From assembly GCF_000526155.1 (NCBI RefSeq), contig NZ_JAFN01000001.1, positions 3,070,264 through 3,102,263 on the forward strand: a stretch of 32,000 nucleotides of DNA, written 5' to 3'. Shown here in pieces: positions 16,250 through 24,230 of this stretch (within the stretch, counting starts at the first letter, position 1; every line of letters begins with the position of its first letter). Made by a program: the position numbers and the translations under genes. Origin of the DNA: Deferrisoma camini S3R1 (GTDB taxonomy: Bacteria; Desulfobacterota; Deferrisomatia; Deferrisomatales; Deferrisomataceae). A model generated the notes under the pieces. It did no database searches. It was not told the origin of the DNA and worked only from the letters and a program-made list of their open reading frames with translations.

Positions 16250-17634
16250 CCCTCACCGACCGCGCCTGGTCCGAGCTCCAAAGGATCTTCCCCCCCGACC
16301 GGGTCAGCCGGGGCCCGTCGGTGCTGGACCTGCACAGCCGGGACGAGTCGTTCCACGAGCCCTGCCGGCCCGAGGCCGTGGCCTGGCCCACCACCACCGA
16401 CGAGGTACGCCGGGCCGTGGCGTGGGCCGGGGAGCACGCCGTGCCGGTGACCCCCTGGGGCGCCGGCACCAGCATCGAGGGCAACCCCATCCCGGTCCGG
16501 GGCGGCCTGGTGCTCGACTTCGCCCAGATGAACCGGATCCTGGAGGTGCGGCCCGAGGACTTCCTGGTCACGGTGGAGCCGGGGGTGCTCTACACCGACC
16601 TGAACGTGGAGCTGAACCGCCGGCGCACCGGCCTGTTCTTCCCCCCGGACCCGGGGGCAGCGGCCAGCGTGGGCGGCATGGTGGCCAACAACGCCTCGGG
16701 CATCCGCACCGTGCGCTACGGGCCCACCCGCCGGTTCGTGAAGCGCCTGGAGGTGGTGCTGGCCGACGGCCGGGCGGTGGAGGTCGGGACGCTCGCGCCC
16801 AAGACCTCGTCGGGGCTCGACCTGGTGGGGCTGTGGGTGGGCAGCGAGGGGACCCTGGGGGTGTTCACCCGGATCGTGCTGGAGCTCGCGCCCCTGCCCC
16901 CCGAGGTGCTCACGGCCCTGGTGCCGTTCGCCGACGCCGAGCCGGCCACCCGGGCCGTGGCCCAGATCATGGGCTCGGGCCTGGGGGTGGCCGCCTGTGA
17001 GTTCCTGGACCGCCACACCGTGCGGGTGGTGGAGCGGGCCGCCCGGCTGGGGCTGCCGGACCGGCCGATCCTGTTCCTGGAGTTCCACGGCACGAGCCGC
17101 CCGGGGCTGGAGGCCGACGCCCGGCTCGTGGAGGAGATCTGCCGGGTCGAGGGGGCCGAGTCGTTCGAGGCCGGTGTGGGCGCCGACGAGCGCGCCCGGC
17201 TGTGGGAGGCCCGGCACCGGGCCTACCGGACGATCCGAGAGGCCCACGTGGGCGAAGGGATCCTGATCGTGGACGCGGCCGTGCCCCGGAGCCGGTACCC
17301 CGAGCTGGCGGCCCGGGCCCGGCAGATCCTGGACCGCCGGGGGCTCACCGGGTACATCTTCGGCCACGCCGGCGACGGGAACCTGCACTGCCTGATCCTG
17401 GGCCGCATGGGGGACGAGGCGCTGTGGGCCTCGATCCACGAGGCCAACGCCGAGATCGTGGAGACCGCCCTGACCCTAGGGGGCACGGCCACGGGCGAGC
17501 ACGGGGTCGGCCTGGGCAAGCGTCGGTTCCAACGCCGGGAGCACGGGACCGGTCTCGACCTGATGGCCGAGGTGAAGCGGCTCCTGGATCCCCAGGGGAT
17601 CCTGAACCCCGGCAAGATCTTCCCCGAGGACTGA
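16246..17634 (+). CDS. FAD-linked oxidase (GlcD / D-lactate dehydrogenase family)
   Basis: PCMH-type FAD-binding pattern (PWGAGTSIEGN, VEPGVLYTDLN, GGMVANNASG, GSEGTLGV) and C-terminal GTATGEHGVGLGKR...LDPQGILNPGK. ATG overlaps the znuB-like stop (ATGA). Confidence 0.88.
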   Translation: MTLTDRAWSELQRIFPPDRVSRGPSVLDLHSRDESFHEPCRPEAVAWPTTTDEVRRAVAWAGEHAVPVTPWGAGTSIEGNPIPVRGGLVLDFAQMNRILEVRPEDFLVTVEPGVLYTDLNVELNRRRTGLFFPPDPGAAASVGGMVANNASGIRTVRYGPTRRFVKRLEVVLADGRAVEVGTLAPKTSSGLDLVGLWVGSEGTLGVFTRIVLELAPLPPEVLTALVPFADAEPATRAVAQIMGSGLGVAACEFLDRHTVRVVERAARLGLPDRPILFLEFHGTSRPGLEADARLVEEICRVEGAESFEAGVGADERARLWEARHRAYRTIREAHVGEGILIVDAAVPRSRYPELAARARQILDRRGLTGYIFGHAGDGNLHCLILGRMGDEALWASIHEANAEIVETALTLGGTATGEHGVGLGKRRFQRREHGTGLDLMAEVKRLLDPQGILNPGKIFPED

Positions 17635-17736
17635 TACCGGGGTTCGTTCCCCCTGGGACGAATGCGCACGGCCGGGGCGGGTGGAGGCCCCTGACCGTGG
17701 ACCCACGGCCCGTCGACCGCAGAGACAAGGACAACC

Positions 17737-19140
17737 ATGGACCCGTTGAAGGCCCTGCTGGGCACCCACCTGTTCGACCTCGTGCCGGAGCCGGTGTTCG
17801 CCCTGAGCCCCGAGGCCCGGTTCCTCATGGTGAACCAGGCCGCCGCGCGCTACCTGGGCCGGCCGGCCGGGGAGATCGTGGGCCGGGAGGTGGGGGAGCT
17901 GTTCCCCCCCGAGCAGGCGGCCCGGCAGCGGGAGGTGATCGGACGGGTCCTGGCCACGGGCGAGCCCTTTCTCGAGGAACGGGAGACCCCCATCGGCTCG
18001 GAGACCTTCGTGTTCCAGTACGCCGTGTGCCGGGTCGACGACCCCGAGGGCGGCCCGCTGGGGGTGCTGGGCATGGTCCGGGACGTCACGGCCCTGGTGC
18101 GGCTGGAGCGCTGTTACGCCGAGCTCTATGAGCGGGCCACCGACGCCCTGTTCGGGGTCGACCGGGAGGGAAGGATCCGGGTGATCAACCGGGAGGCCGA
18201 GGCGCTCTCCGGGTACCGCCGGGACGAGGTGGAGAGCTTCCACTTCTCCAAGGTGGTCCCCCCGGACGAGGCCCGGCGGCTGCGACGGTACTTCGAGGCC
18301 CGCGTGCGGGGCGAGGACGCGCCCACCCAGTACGAGGTGCGGTTCGTCCGCAAGAACGGCGAGGAGCGGTGGGCCGAGGTGCGGATCTCCCGAGAGACCT
18401 CATCGGTCGGGGCGTTCCAGGCCTCGGTGCGCGACATCACGGAGCGCAAGAAGCTCGAGGCCCTCCGCCGGGAGTTCCTGCAGCTGGTCGGCCACGACAT
18501 CAAGACCCCCCTGACGGTGATCCAGGGCTTCGCGGGGGCACTGCGCTCGGGCGTGTACGGAGAGCTGCCCGAGCCCCAGCGCCAGTGCATCGAGCAGATC
18601 CTCGACGCCAGCCGCCGGGTCGGCTCGATGGTGGAGCGGTTCCTCCTGGCCGAGCGGCTGGCCCAGGAAGGCGCGTGGGAGGCGAAGGCAGGTCCCGTGG
18701 CTCCCGTGTTCGAGGCCGTGGTCCGGGCGCTGGCCCCTGCGGCGCGGGACCGGGGCATCCGCCTGGAGATCGAGTCGCTCGTTCCGTCGGACGCCCGGGT
18801 GGCCGATGCCGAGGGGTTCCGCCATCTGGTCGAGAACCTGGTGTCCAACGCAGTCAAGTTCACCCCGGCCGGGGGCCGGGTGGAGGCGCGGCTGGAGGCC
18901 CGGGAGGGCGGCATCGATCTGGTGGTGAGCGACACGGGCCGAGGCATCCCGGCCCAGGACCGGGAGCGGCTGTTCGAGCGGTTCTTCCGGGCCTCGAACG
19001 CCGGCGGGACGGCCGGCTCCGGCCTGGGGCTCCACATCGTCAAGCTCCTGGTGGACCGGGCCGGCGGCCGGCTCGAGGTGGAGAGCGAGGAGGGAAGGGG
19101 AACCACGTTCCGGGTGTGGCTGCCGGGAGCGCCCCGTTGA
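17737..19140 (+). CDS. Cytoplasmic sensor histidine kinase (PAS-PAS-HisKA-HATPase_c)
   Basis: Two PAS-like segments, H-box LVGHDIKTPL, N/G boxes (NLVSNAVKFT, DTGRGI, GSGLGLHIV). No TM segment and no adjacent response regulator. Confidence 0.92.
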   Translation: MDPLKALLGTHLFDLVPEPVFALSPEARFLMVNQAAARYLGRPAGEIVGREVGELFPPEQAARQREVIGRVLATGEPFLEERETPIGSETFVFQYAVCRVDDPEGGPLGVLGMVRDVTALVRLERCYAELYERATDALFGVDREGRIRVINREAEALSGYRRDEVESFHFSKVVPPDEARRLRRYFEARVRGEDAPTQYEVRFVRKNGEERWAEVRISRETSSVGAFQASVRDITERKKLEALRREFLQLVGHDIKTPLTVIQGFAGALRSGVYGELPEPQRQCIEQILDASRRVGSMVERFLLAERLAQEGAWEAKAGPVAPVFEAVVRALAPAARDRGIRLEIESLVPSDARVADAEGFRHLVENLVSNAVKFTPAGGRVEARLEAREGGIDLVVSDTGRGIPAQDRERLFERFFRASNAGGTAGSGLGLHIVKLLVDRAGGRLEVESEEGRGTTFRVWLPGAPR

Positions 19141-19240
19141 TCCGGTCTCCTTGGGGGGGTACCCTGAGAGCGACCTCAGAGGACGGGGGGGGACGGACGC
19201 CGTCTAGGATTCTCGAAGACGGGAAGGGCGGAGACAAGCC

Positions 19241-19507
19241 ATGCCTACGGTTTCGATCGATGCGTTTGCGCGGGAATGCCGGCGCTATCTCCGGCAGCTC
19301 CGGGAGCGCGGCGAGGCTCTCGTGGTCGAGGACGGCGGGGTAGAGATCGCTCGCGTCATGCCGGCCATCGGCCCCTTGACGGCCAGCCAGGCCCTTGCAG
19401 ACCTTTACGGGATCTTGTCACCTGACGAAGGGGAGGCGTGGCTTGCCGACGCACGCAGGGCGGCCGATCACCTGGACGATGAGATCCGTGACCCATGGGG
19501 GTACTGA
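19241..19507 (+). CDS. Phd/YefM-like type II antitoxin
   Basis: 88 aa. N-terminus MPTVSIDAFARECRRYLRQL...ALVVEDGGVEIARVMP fits the Phd/YefM pattern. Overlaps the downstream PIN gene by 13 nt. Confidence 0.72.
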   Translation: MPTVSIDAFARECRRYLRQLRERGEALVVEDGGVEIARVMPAIGPLTASQALADLYGILSPDEGEAWLADARRAADHLDDEIRDPWGY

Positions 19508-19944
19508 TTGACACCTGCGTCTGGATCGACGTGGAGCGGGGTGTCCTGCACCCGGAACAGGTCCAGCGGATCACGGGCGACCATCCCGTGTACCTCTCTC
19601 CGGTCACCGTTGCGGAACTTCGCTTGGGCGTAGAGATCGCGGATCGCGAAGACGTCCGTCAAAGGCGGCAACGGGCGTTGGAACGACTCCTCACCAAACC
19701 CGTGCTGCCGATCGACGCCATGACCGGCCAGGTGTTTGGGCGCCTCGCTGCGGCCCTTCGAAAAAGGGGCTCGGGGCATCGCCGGCGCGTTCGGGACTTG
19801 TGGCTCGCCAGCCAGGCCGTGCAACACGGCTACTTTCTATTGACGCGGAACCAAAAAGATTTCGAAGGGATCCCAGAGCTCCAGCTCCTCACGATTGAAG
19901 AGAAACGCCGTCGGAGAAAAGGAGAGAGACGAAGTGTCCGATGA
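19495..19944 (+). CDS. vapC: PIN-domain toxin with a basic C-terminal tail
   Basis: PIN residues in LIDTCVWID, VTVAELRLG, RDLWLASQA and LLTRNQKDF. Tail EEKRRRRKGERRSVR overlaps the next gene's start region. Confidence 0.85.
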   Translation: MGVLIDTCVWIDVERGVLHPEQVQRITGDHPVYLSPVTVAELRLGVEIADREDVRQRRQRALERLLTKPVLPIDAMTGQVFGRLAAALRKRGSGHRRRVRDLWLASQAVQHGYFLLTRNQKDFEGIPELQLLTIEEKRRRRKGERRSVR

Positions 19945-20332
19945 GATCGTTCGAAAGACGGCCGAGACCGCGAAGCTCTACTTCGAGGGGGTGGAGGGGG
20001 AGCGGCCCTACGACCTGTGGAAGGCCTTCGACAAGGGCCTGGCCCGGGACCTGTCGCTGTTCATCACGGGTCAGATGTACGCCCGGGAACGGATTCCCCA
20101 CACCGTGCGCCAGATGATCACCGTGGCCGCTCTCACGGTGCTGGAGAAGACCGAGGAGCTGGAGCTCCACCTCCAGGCCGCCCTCAACGTGGGGTGTAAG
20201 CCCCGGGAGCTCGCGGAGGTGATCTTCCAGACCGCGGTGTACGGCGGGGTGCCGGCCATGAACCAGGGGCTCAAGGCCCTGCGCCGGGTGCTCCAGGCCC
20301 GGGGCCAGTGGCCCATGCCCGACGAGGGCTGA
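19934..20332 (+). CDS. Carboxymuconolactone decarboxylase (CMD/AhpD-like) family protein
   Basis: The GTG at 19934 is preceded by AAAGGAGAGAG, whereas the track's TTG at 19895 lacks an SD. CMD-like helices (RQMITVAALTVLEK, ELELHLQAALNVGCKPRELAEVIFQTAVYGGVPA). Confidence 0.78.
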   Translation: MSDEIVRKTAETAKLYFEGVEGERPYDLWKAFDKGLARDLSLFITGQMYARERIPHTVRQMITVAALTVLEKTEELELHLQAALNVGCKPRELAEVIFQTAVYGGVPAMNQGLKALRRVLQARGQWPMPDEG

Positions 20333-20336
20333 GCCC

Positions 20337-20708
20337 GTGGCCCGGGCCCGCCGGAAGCCCGCGCAGGCCACGGCCGAGCCCCGGCCCGGATCGGCCGTGC
20401 TCAACAAGGTGAAGCTCGCCGTGGCCATGGGGCTCATCGGCCTGGTGGCCGTGTTCGGGGTGCGCAGCCTCGCCCCCCGGTTCGTGGGGCTGGCGCTGCT
20501 GGCCATGGCGGTGGGCGTGTTCTCGGCCCTGACCACGGCCGGCCCCACCTACGACGCCACCTGCCCCGCCTGCGGCCGAAGGTTCGCCTTCACCCGGGCC
20601 CTGGGCATGCGGACCCTGCGCTGCCGCCTGTGCGGCCGCCGGCTGCGGCTGGAGAGGGGGGACGGCGGCCTCCGCCTGTCCGCTTACGCGAAGAAGCTGG
20701 GAAGCTAG
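20337..20708 (+). CDS. Hypothetical membrane protein with a C-terminal CxxC...CxxC zinc-ribbon
   Basis: Two predicted TM helices (LAVAMGLIGLVAVFGV; FVGLALLAMAVGVFSAL), then CPACGRRF...CRLCGRRL. GTG start 4 nt after the CMD stop. No family recognised. Confidence 0.5.
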   Translation: MARARRKPAQATAEPRPGSAVLNKVKLAVAMGLIGLVAVFGVRSLAPRFVGLALLAMAVGVFSALTTAGPTYDATCPACGRRFAFTRALGMRTLRCRLCGRRLRLERGDGGLRLSAYAKKLGS

Positions 20709-20730
20709 AAAGCTGGAAGGCTAGAAAGCT
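20696..20730. repeat. 8-bp-period repeat GCTGGGAA GCTAGAAA GCTGGAAG GCTAGAAA spanning the stop codon of the upstream gene
   Basis: Read directly. Reverse complement of the CT-rich family and an inverted partner of 20835-20881. Confidence 0.8.
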
Positions 20731-20761
20731 ATTAACCCGGCGCTAACGCTCCCTGCTCGGA

Positions 20762-20818
20762 GGGGCAAGGGACCTGCCGGAGAGCCGGGCGCGGCCCCTT
20801 AGCTCGCCGCGCAGCGGC
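20762..20818. repeat. Half copy (left arm) of the palindromic element family (copy E)
   Basis: GGGGCAAGGGACCTGCCGGAGAGCCGGGCGCGGCCCCTTAGCTCGCCGCGCAGCG is about 85-90% identical to 22107-22162. Confidence 0.7.
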
Positions 20819-20834
20819 TATGCTTGTCCAAGGT

Positions 20835-20881
20835 CTTTTCGCCTTTCGCCTTCTAGCCTTCTGGCTTTCCAGCCTCCCAGC
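20835..20881. repeat. 8-bp-period CT-rich repeat (CTTTTCGC CTTTCGC CTTCTAGC CTTCTGG CTTTCCAGC CTCCCAGC)
   Basis: Read directly. Followed by a GGGCCGAAGGCCC mini-hairpin (20884-20896) just 3' of the convergent ABC ATPase gene. Confidence 0.8.
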
Positions 20882-20898
20882 GGGCCGAAGGCCCAAGG

Positions 20899-21990
20899 TC
20901 ACCCCGCCGGCCAGACTCGTTCGCCCGTGGCCACATCGAACCCCACGAGCTCCAGCGGGTTCAGGTACAGGAGAACGCCCTCCCCCGGCTGCTCCCGGGC
21001 CTCCGGCGGGCGCTCCACCGTGATCCGTTGCCCTCCGGCGTCCAGATGGAGCAGGACGGCCCCGCCCAGGTACTCGCGCTCCTCGACCCGACACCGCAGG
21101 GGACCCAGCCCCGGTCCGCTTCCGAGCCGGGCCGAGTGGGGCCGGAAGCCCAGCTCCAGGGGGCCGGGGGGCGCGGGCCCGCCCCCGCACCCCGCGGGCC
21201 ACGGCAGGGCCTGGTCCCCCACGTGGAGCACGGCCCCGTCTCCGGTACGCTCCACTTGGATCCTCACCAGGTTCATCGGGGGCGAGCCCACGAACCCGGC
21301 CACGAACCGGTTAGCCGGAAGCTCGTAGACCTGGCGGGGTGTGCCCACCTGCTGGAGGCGCCCCCGCCGGAGCACGGCCACCCGGTCCCCCAGGGTCATG
21401 GCCTCCACCTGGTCGTGGGTCACGTACACCGTGGTCGTGCCGAGCCGCTGCTGGAGCCGGCGGATCTCGGAGCGCATCTCCACCCGGAGCCGTGCATCCA
21501 GGTTCGACAGGGGCTCGTCCATGAGGAACGCCCTGGGCCGGCGCACGATGGCCCGGCCCAGGGCCACCCGCTGGCGCTGCCCGCCCGAGAGCTCCCGGGG
21601 CCGGCGGCCGAGCAGATCCTCGATGCCCAGTAGGGCGGCGACCTCCCGGACCCTGGTCTCCACCTCCTCCCGGGGAACCTTGCGCACCCGCAGGGGGAAC
21701 GCCAGGTTCTCGGCCACGGTCTTGTGGGGGTACAGGGCGTAGGTCTGGAACACGAAGGCCAGGTCCCGGTCGCCGGGCTCCACGCCGTCCACCCGCCGGC
21801 CGCCGATCCACACGCCCCCGGAGGTGGGCGCCTCCAGCCCGGCCACGATCCGCAGCGCCGTGGACTTGCCGCACCCCGAGGGCCCCAGGAGCACCAGCAG
21901 CTCCCCTTCACGCACCCGCAGCGTGAGCTCCCGCAGGGCCTCCACCCGGCCGAACCGCTTGGTCACCCGGTCCAGGAAGATCTCGGCCAC
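20899..21990 (-). CDS. Sugar-type ABC transporter ATP-binding protein (MalK/UgpC-like)
   Basis: GTG start. Walker [10 protein letters not shown], signature LSGGQRQR, Walker B FLMDEP, and a C-terminal regulatory/TOBE-like extension. Confidence 0.94.
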   Translation of the reverse strand: MAEIFLDRVTKRFGRVEALRELTLRVREGELLVLLGPSGCGKSTALRIVAGLEAPTSGGVWIGGRRVDGVEPGDRDLAFVFQTYALYPHKTVAENLAFPLRVRKVPREEVETRVREVAALLGIEDLLGRRPRELSGGQRQRVALGRAIVRRPRAFLMDEPLSNLDARLRVEMRSEIRRLQQRLGTTTVYVTHDQVEAMTLGDRVAVLRRGRLQQVGTPRQVYELPANRFVAGFVGSPPMNLVRIQVERTGDGAVLHVGDQALPWPAGCGGGPAPPGPLELGFRPHSARLGSGPGLGPLRCRVEEREYLGGAVLLHLDAGGQRITVERPPEAREQPGEGVLLYLNPLELVGFDVATGERVWPAG

Positions 21991-22006
21991 GTCCTGTTTC
22001 CTTCCC

Positions 22007-22063
22007 GGTAACTTCGGTCGTTGGTCGTCAGTCGTTGGTCGGCGGTGTGGGGCCTTCGGCCCG
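22007..22063 (-). repeat. Heptad leader cassette plus mini-hairpin 5' of the ABC ATPase gene
   Basis: Minus-strand sense reads GGGCCGAAGGCCCC-ACACCGCC-GACCAAC GACTGAC GACCAAC GACCGAA GTTAC CGGGAAGGAAACAGGAC-GTG. Confidence 0.75.
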
Positions 22064-22106
22064 CTAGGCAGCTAGGCGGCCAGGCGGCTCTTGAACCGCG
22101 TCATCG

Positions 22107-22292
22107 GGGGCATGGGGTCTGCTGGAGAGCCGCGTGCGGCTCCTTAGCTCGCCGCGCAGCGCCTCCAACGCTTGCACCGTGAAACCGTTCGCCCCCGGTC
22201 GGACCGTCATGAAGCCACCGTTGCTGCCTCCTGCCTGCGCGGCGAATCTCATGCCCGGCTTCGCGCGCGGCCGGAAGCAGACCCCATGCCCC
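22107..22292. repeat. Palindromic intergenic element (copy F)
   Basis: 17-bp perfect terminal inverted repeat GGGGCATGGGGTCTGCT (22107-22123) / AGCAGACCCCATGCCCC (22276-22292). Inner inverted repeat TCGCCGCGCAG (22149-22159) / CTGCGCGGCGA (22235-22245). Confidence 0.8.
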
Positions 22293-22506
22293 TCGCTCCC
22301 GAAAAGCGCGGGGATTGAGGCAAGTTCCTTTTTCACAAACAGGCCGCCTCGCGGCCAACCGGAGTTTCCAACCTGCATTCGAGGTGAGTGCTTTCGGGCC
22401 GATCGTTCCTGCGCTTAGAGAGACGGCCTCGCCGAAGCCGCTACGGCTCCGGACCGGCCGGACCTAAAGCGGCGGGCATTCGTCTCCTGTTTGCGGCAGC
22501 TTGGTA

Positions 22507-23331
22507 TCAGGCTCCCTTGACCCCGCCGGCCGTGAGCCCGGCCACGAGCCGGCGCTGGAACACCAGGAACAGCGCCAGCACGGGCACGGTCATGAGCACC
22601 GAGGCGGCCATGACCCGGTCCCAGGCCGTGTGGTAGGAGCTGAACAGGTGGTACAGCCCCTTGGCCAGGGTGAACTTTTCCGGCGAGTCCAGCAGGATGT
22701 AGGCCAGCAGGAACTCGTTCCACGCGATCAGAAAAGTGTACACGCCCACCCCGGTCAGGGCCGGAGCCGACAGCGGCAGCACCACCCGCATCAGCACCCC
22801 CGGCCGGGAGCAGCCGTCCACCCGGGCCGCCTCCTCCAGCTCGGGCGGCAGCGCCCGGAAGTAGTTGGCCAGCATATAGAGCGACACGGGCAGGGTCTGG
22901 GCCAGGTAGGCCACCACCAGCCCGGCCAGGGAGTCCCGGAGCCCAAGCCCGGTGAGCAGGGCGAACAGGGGCACCACCAGGAGGATCGGCGGGATCAGGT
23001 AGATCAGCCCCAGGGCCAGGCCACCCAGCCGGCGGAACCGGAACCGGAGCCGGGCCAGGGCATAGGCCCCCGGCGCCGCGATGGCCAGGTCCAGCGCCAC
23101 CGTGGCCCCGGCCACCACGAGGCTGTTGGCCAGATACCGCAGGAACCCCTGGGTGAACAGCACGTCCCGGTACGCCGCCAGCGTGGGGTGCCGGGGCCAG
23201 AACCGGGGCGGCAGCGCGAAAAGCTCCGAAAACGTCTTGGTGGACGACAGGGCCATCCAGTAGAACGGGAACGCCACCGCGGCCGTCAGGAGCGCGAGCA
23301 CGACCGCGGTGCCCAGGGCCGGGCGCCTCAC
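22507..23331 (-). CDS. Carbohydrate ABC transporter permease (MalG-like)
   Basis: 274 aa with the EAA-loop region ELEEAARVDGCSRPGVLMRVVLP. GTG overlaps the upstream stop (GTGA). Confidence 0.92.
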   Translation of the reverse strand: MRRPALGTAVVLALLTAAVAFPFYWMALSSTKTFSELFALPPRFWPRHPTLAAYRDVLFTQGFLRYLANSLVVAGATVALDLAIAAPGAYALARLRFRFRRLGGLALGLIYLIPPILLVVPLFALLTGLGLRDSLAGLVVAYLAQTLPVSLYMLANYFRALPPELEEAARVDGCSRPGVLMRVVLPLSAPALTGVGVYTFLIAWNEFLLAYILLDSPEKFTLAKGLYHLFSSYHTAWDRVMAASVLMTVPVLALFLVFQRRLVAGLTAGGVKGA

Positions 23332-24230
23332 GGGAGCCACCTCCGGCACAGGGGGATGCCGGCCGCCAGCAGCAGGGCGAGGAGCAGGGCGCTTCCGGCC
23401 GCGGCCGTGCCGAAGTCGTGGAGCCGGAACGCGGTGTCGTAGATCCACAGGGGCACCACCCGGGTGCCGGCCGCCCCCCCGGTCAGCAGGAACACGTCGT
23501 CGAACTTGTTGACGGTCCACAGGAACCGCACGGCGAACACCAGGGCCAGCACGCCCCGGAGCTCCGGCCAGGTCACGTGCCGGAACCGCTGCCACGGCCC
23601 CGCCCCGTCGACCCGGGCGGCCTCGTACAGCTCCGGGGGCACGGCCTGGAGCCGCGCCAGGACGAACAGCATGGCGAACGGAAAGTACCGCCACCCCTCG
23701 AACGCCACCACCGCCCCCAGGGCCAGGGGCTCGGTGGAGAGCCAGGCCACGGGGCCGTCCACGGCCCCGGCCCGCTGGAGCGCCCAGTTGACCGCCCCGT
23801 ACACGGGGTCGAGGAGCCAGCGCCACACGAACGCCACCGACACGGCCGGCGCCACGTAGGGAAACAGGAACAGGGCCCGGAACACCCCCCGGCCCCGGAA
23901 CGGCCGGTTCACGGCCAGGGCCGCGGCCAGCCCGAGGCCCACCGACAGGGTGACCCCGGCCAGGGCGTACACCACGGTCACGGCCACCGCCCGCCACAGC
24001 TCGGGGTCGGTGACGGCCCGCAGGTAGTTGGCCAGGCCGGCAAACGGGGCCGGCCCCCCCAGGGTGCCGAGCCGGACCTCGTGGAGGCTGGTCCACAGGT
24101 TGTAGACCAGGGGAAACGCCACCACCCCCACCACCGAGACCAGGGGCAGGGCCAGCAGGGCCCAGGCCAGCCGCTCCTCGGCCCGGCGAAGGGCCTCGGC
24201 CGGATGGGTGTCGGCGCCCGCCGGCCTCAT
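23328..24230 (-). CDS. Carbohydrate ABC transporter permease (MalF-like)
   Basis: 300 aa with the EAA-loop ELYEAARVDGAGPWQRFRHVTWP. ATG overlaps the SBP stop (ATGA). Confidence 0.92.
   Translation of the reverse strand: MRPAGADTHPAEALRRAEERLAWALLALPLVSVVGVVAFPLVYNLWTSLHEVRLGTLGGPAPFAGLANYLRAVTDPELWRAVAVTVVYALAGVTLSVGLGLAAALAVNRPFRGRGVFRALFLFPYVAPAVSVAFVWRWLLDPVYGAVNWALQRAGAVDGPVAWLSTEPLALGAVVAFEGWRYFPFAMLFVLARLQAVPPELYEAARVDGAGPWQRFRHVTWPELRGVLALVFAVRFLWTVNKFDDVFLLTGGAAGTRVVPLWIYDTAFRLHDFGTAAAGSALLLALLLAAGIPLCRRWLP

Noticed and set aside
22064-22418. ORFs of 85-104 aa in the permease-ATPase spacer (22064-22378 -, 22101-22358 -, 22134-22418 +).
   Set aside because: They lie entirely within palindromic element F and its flanks, lack SD sequences, and have noise-like composition.
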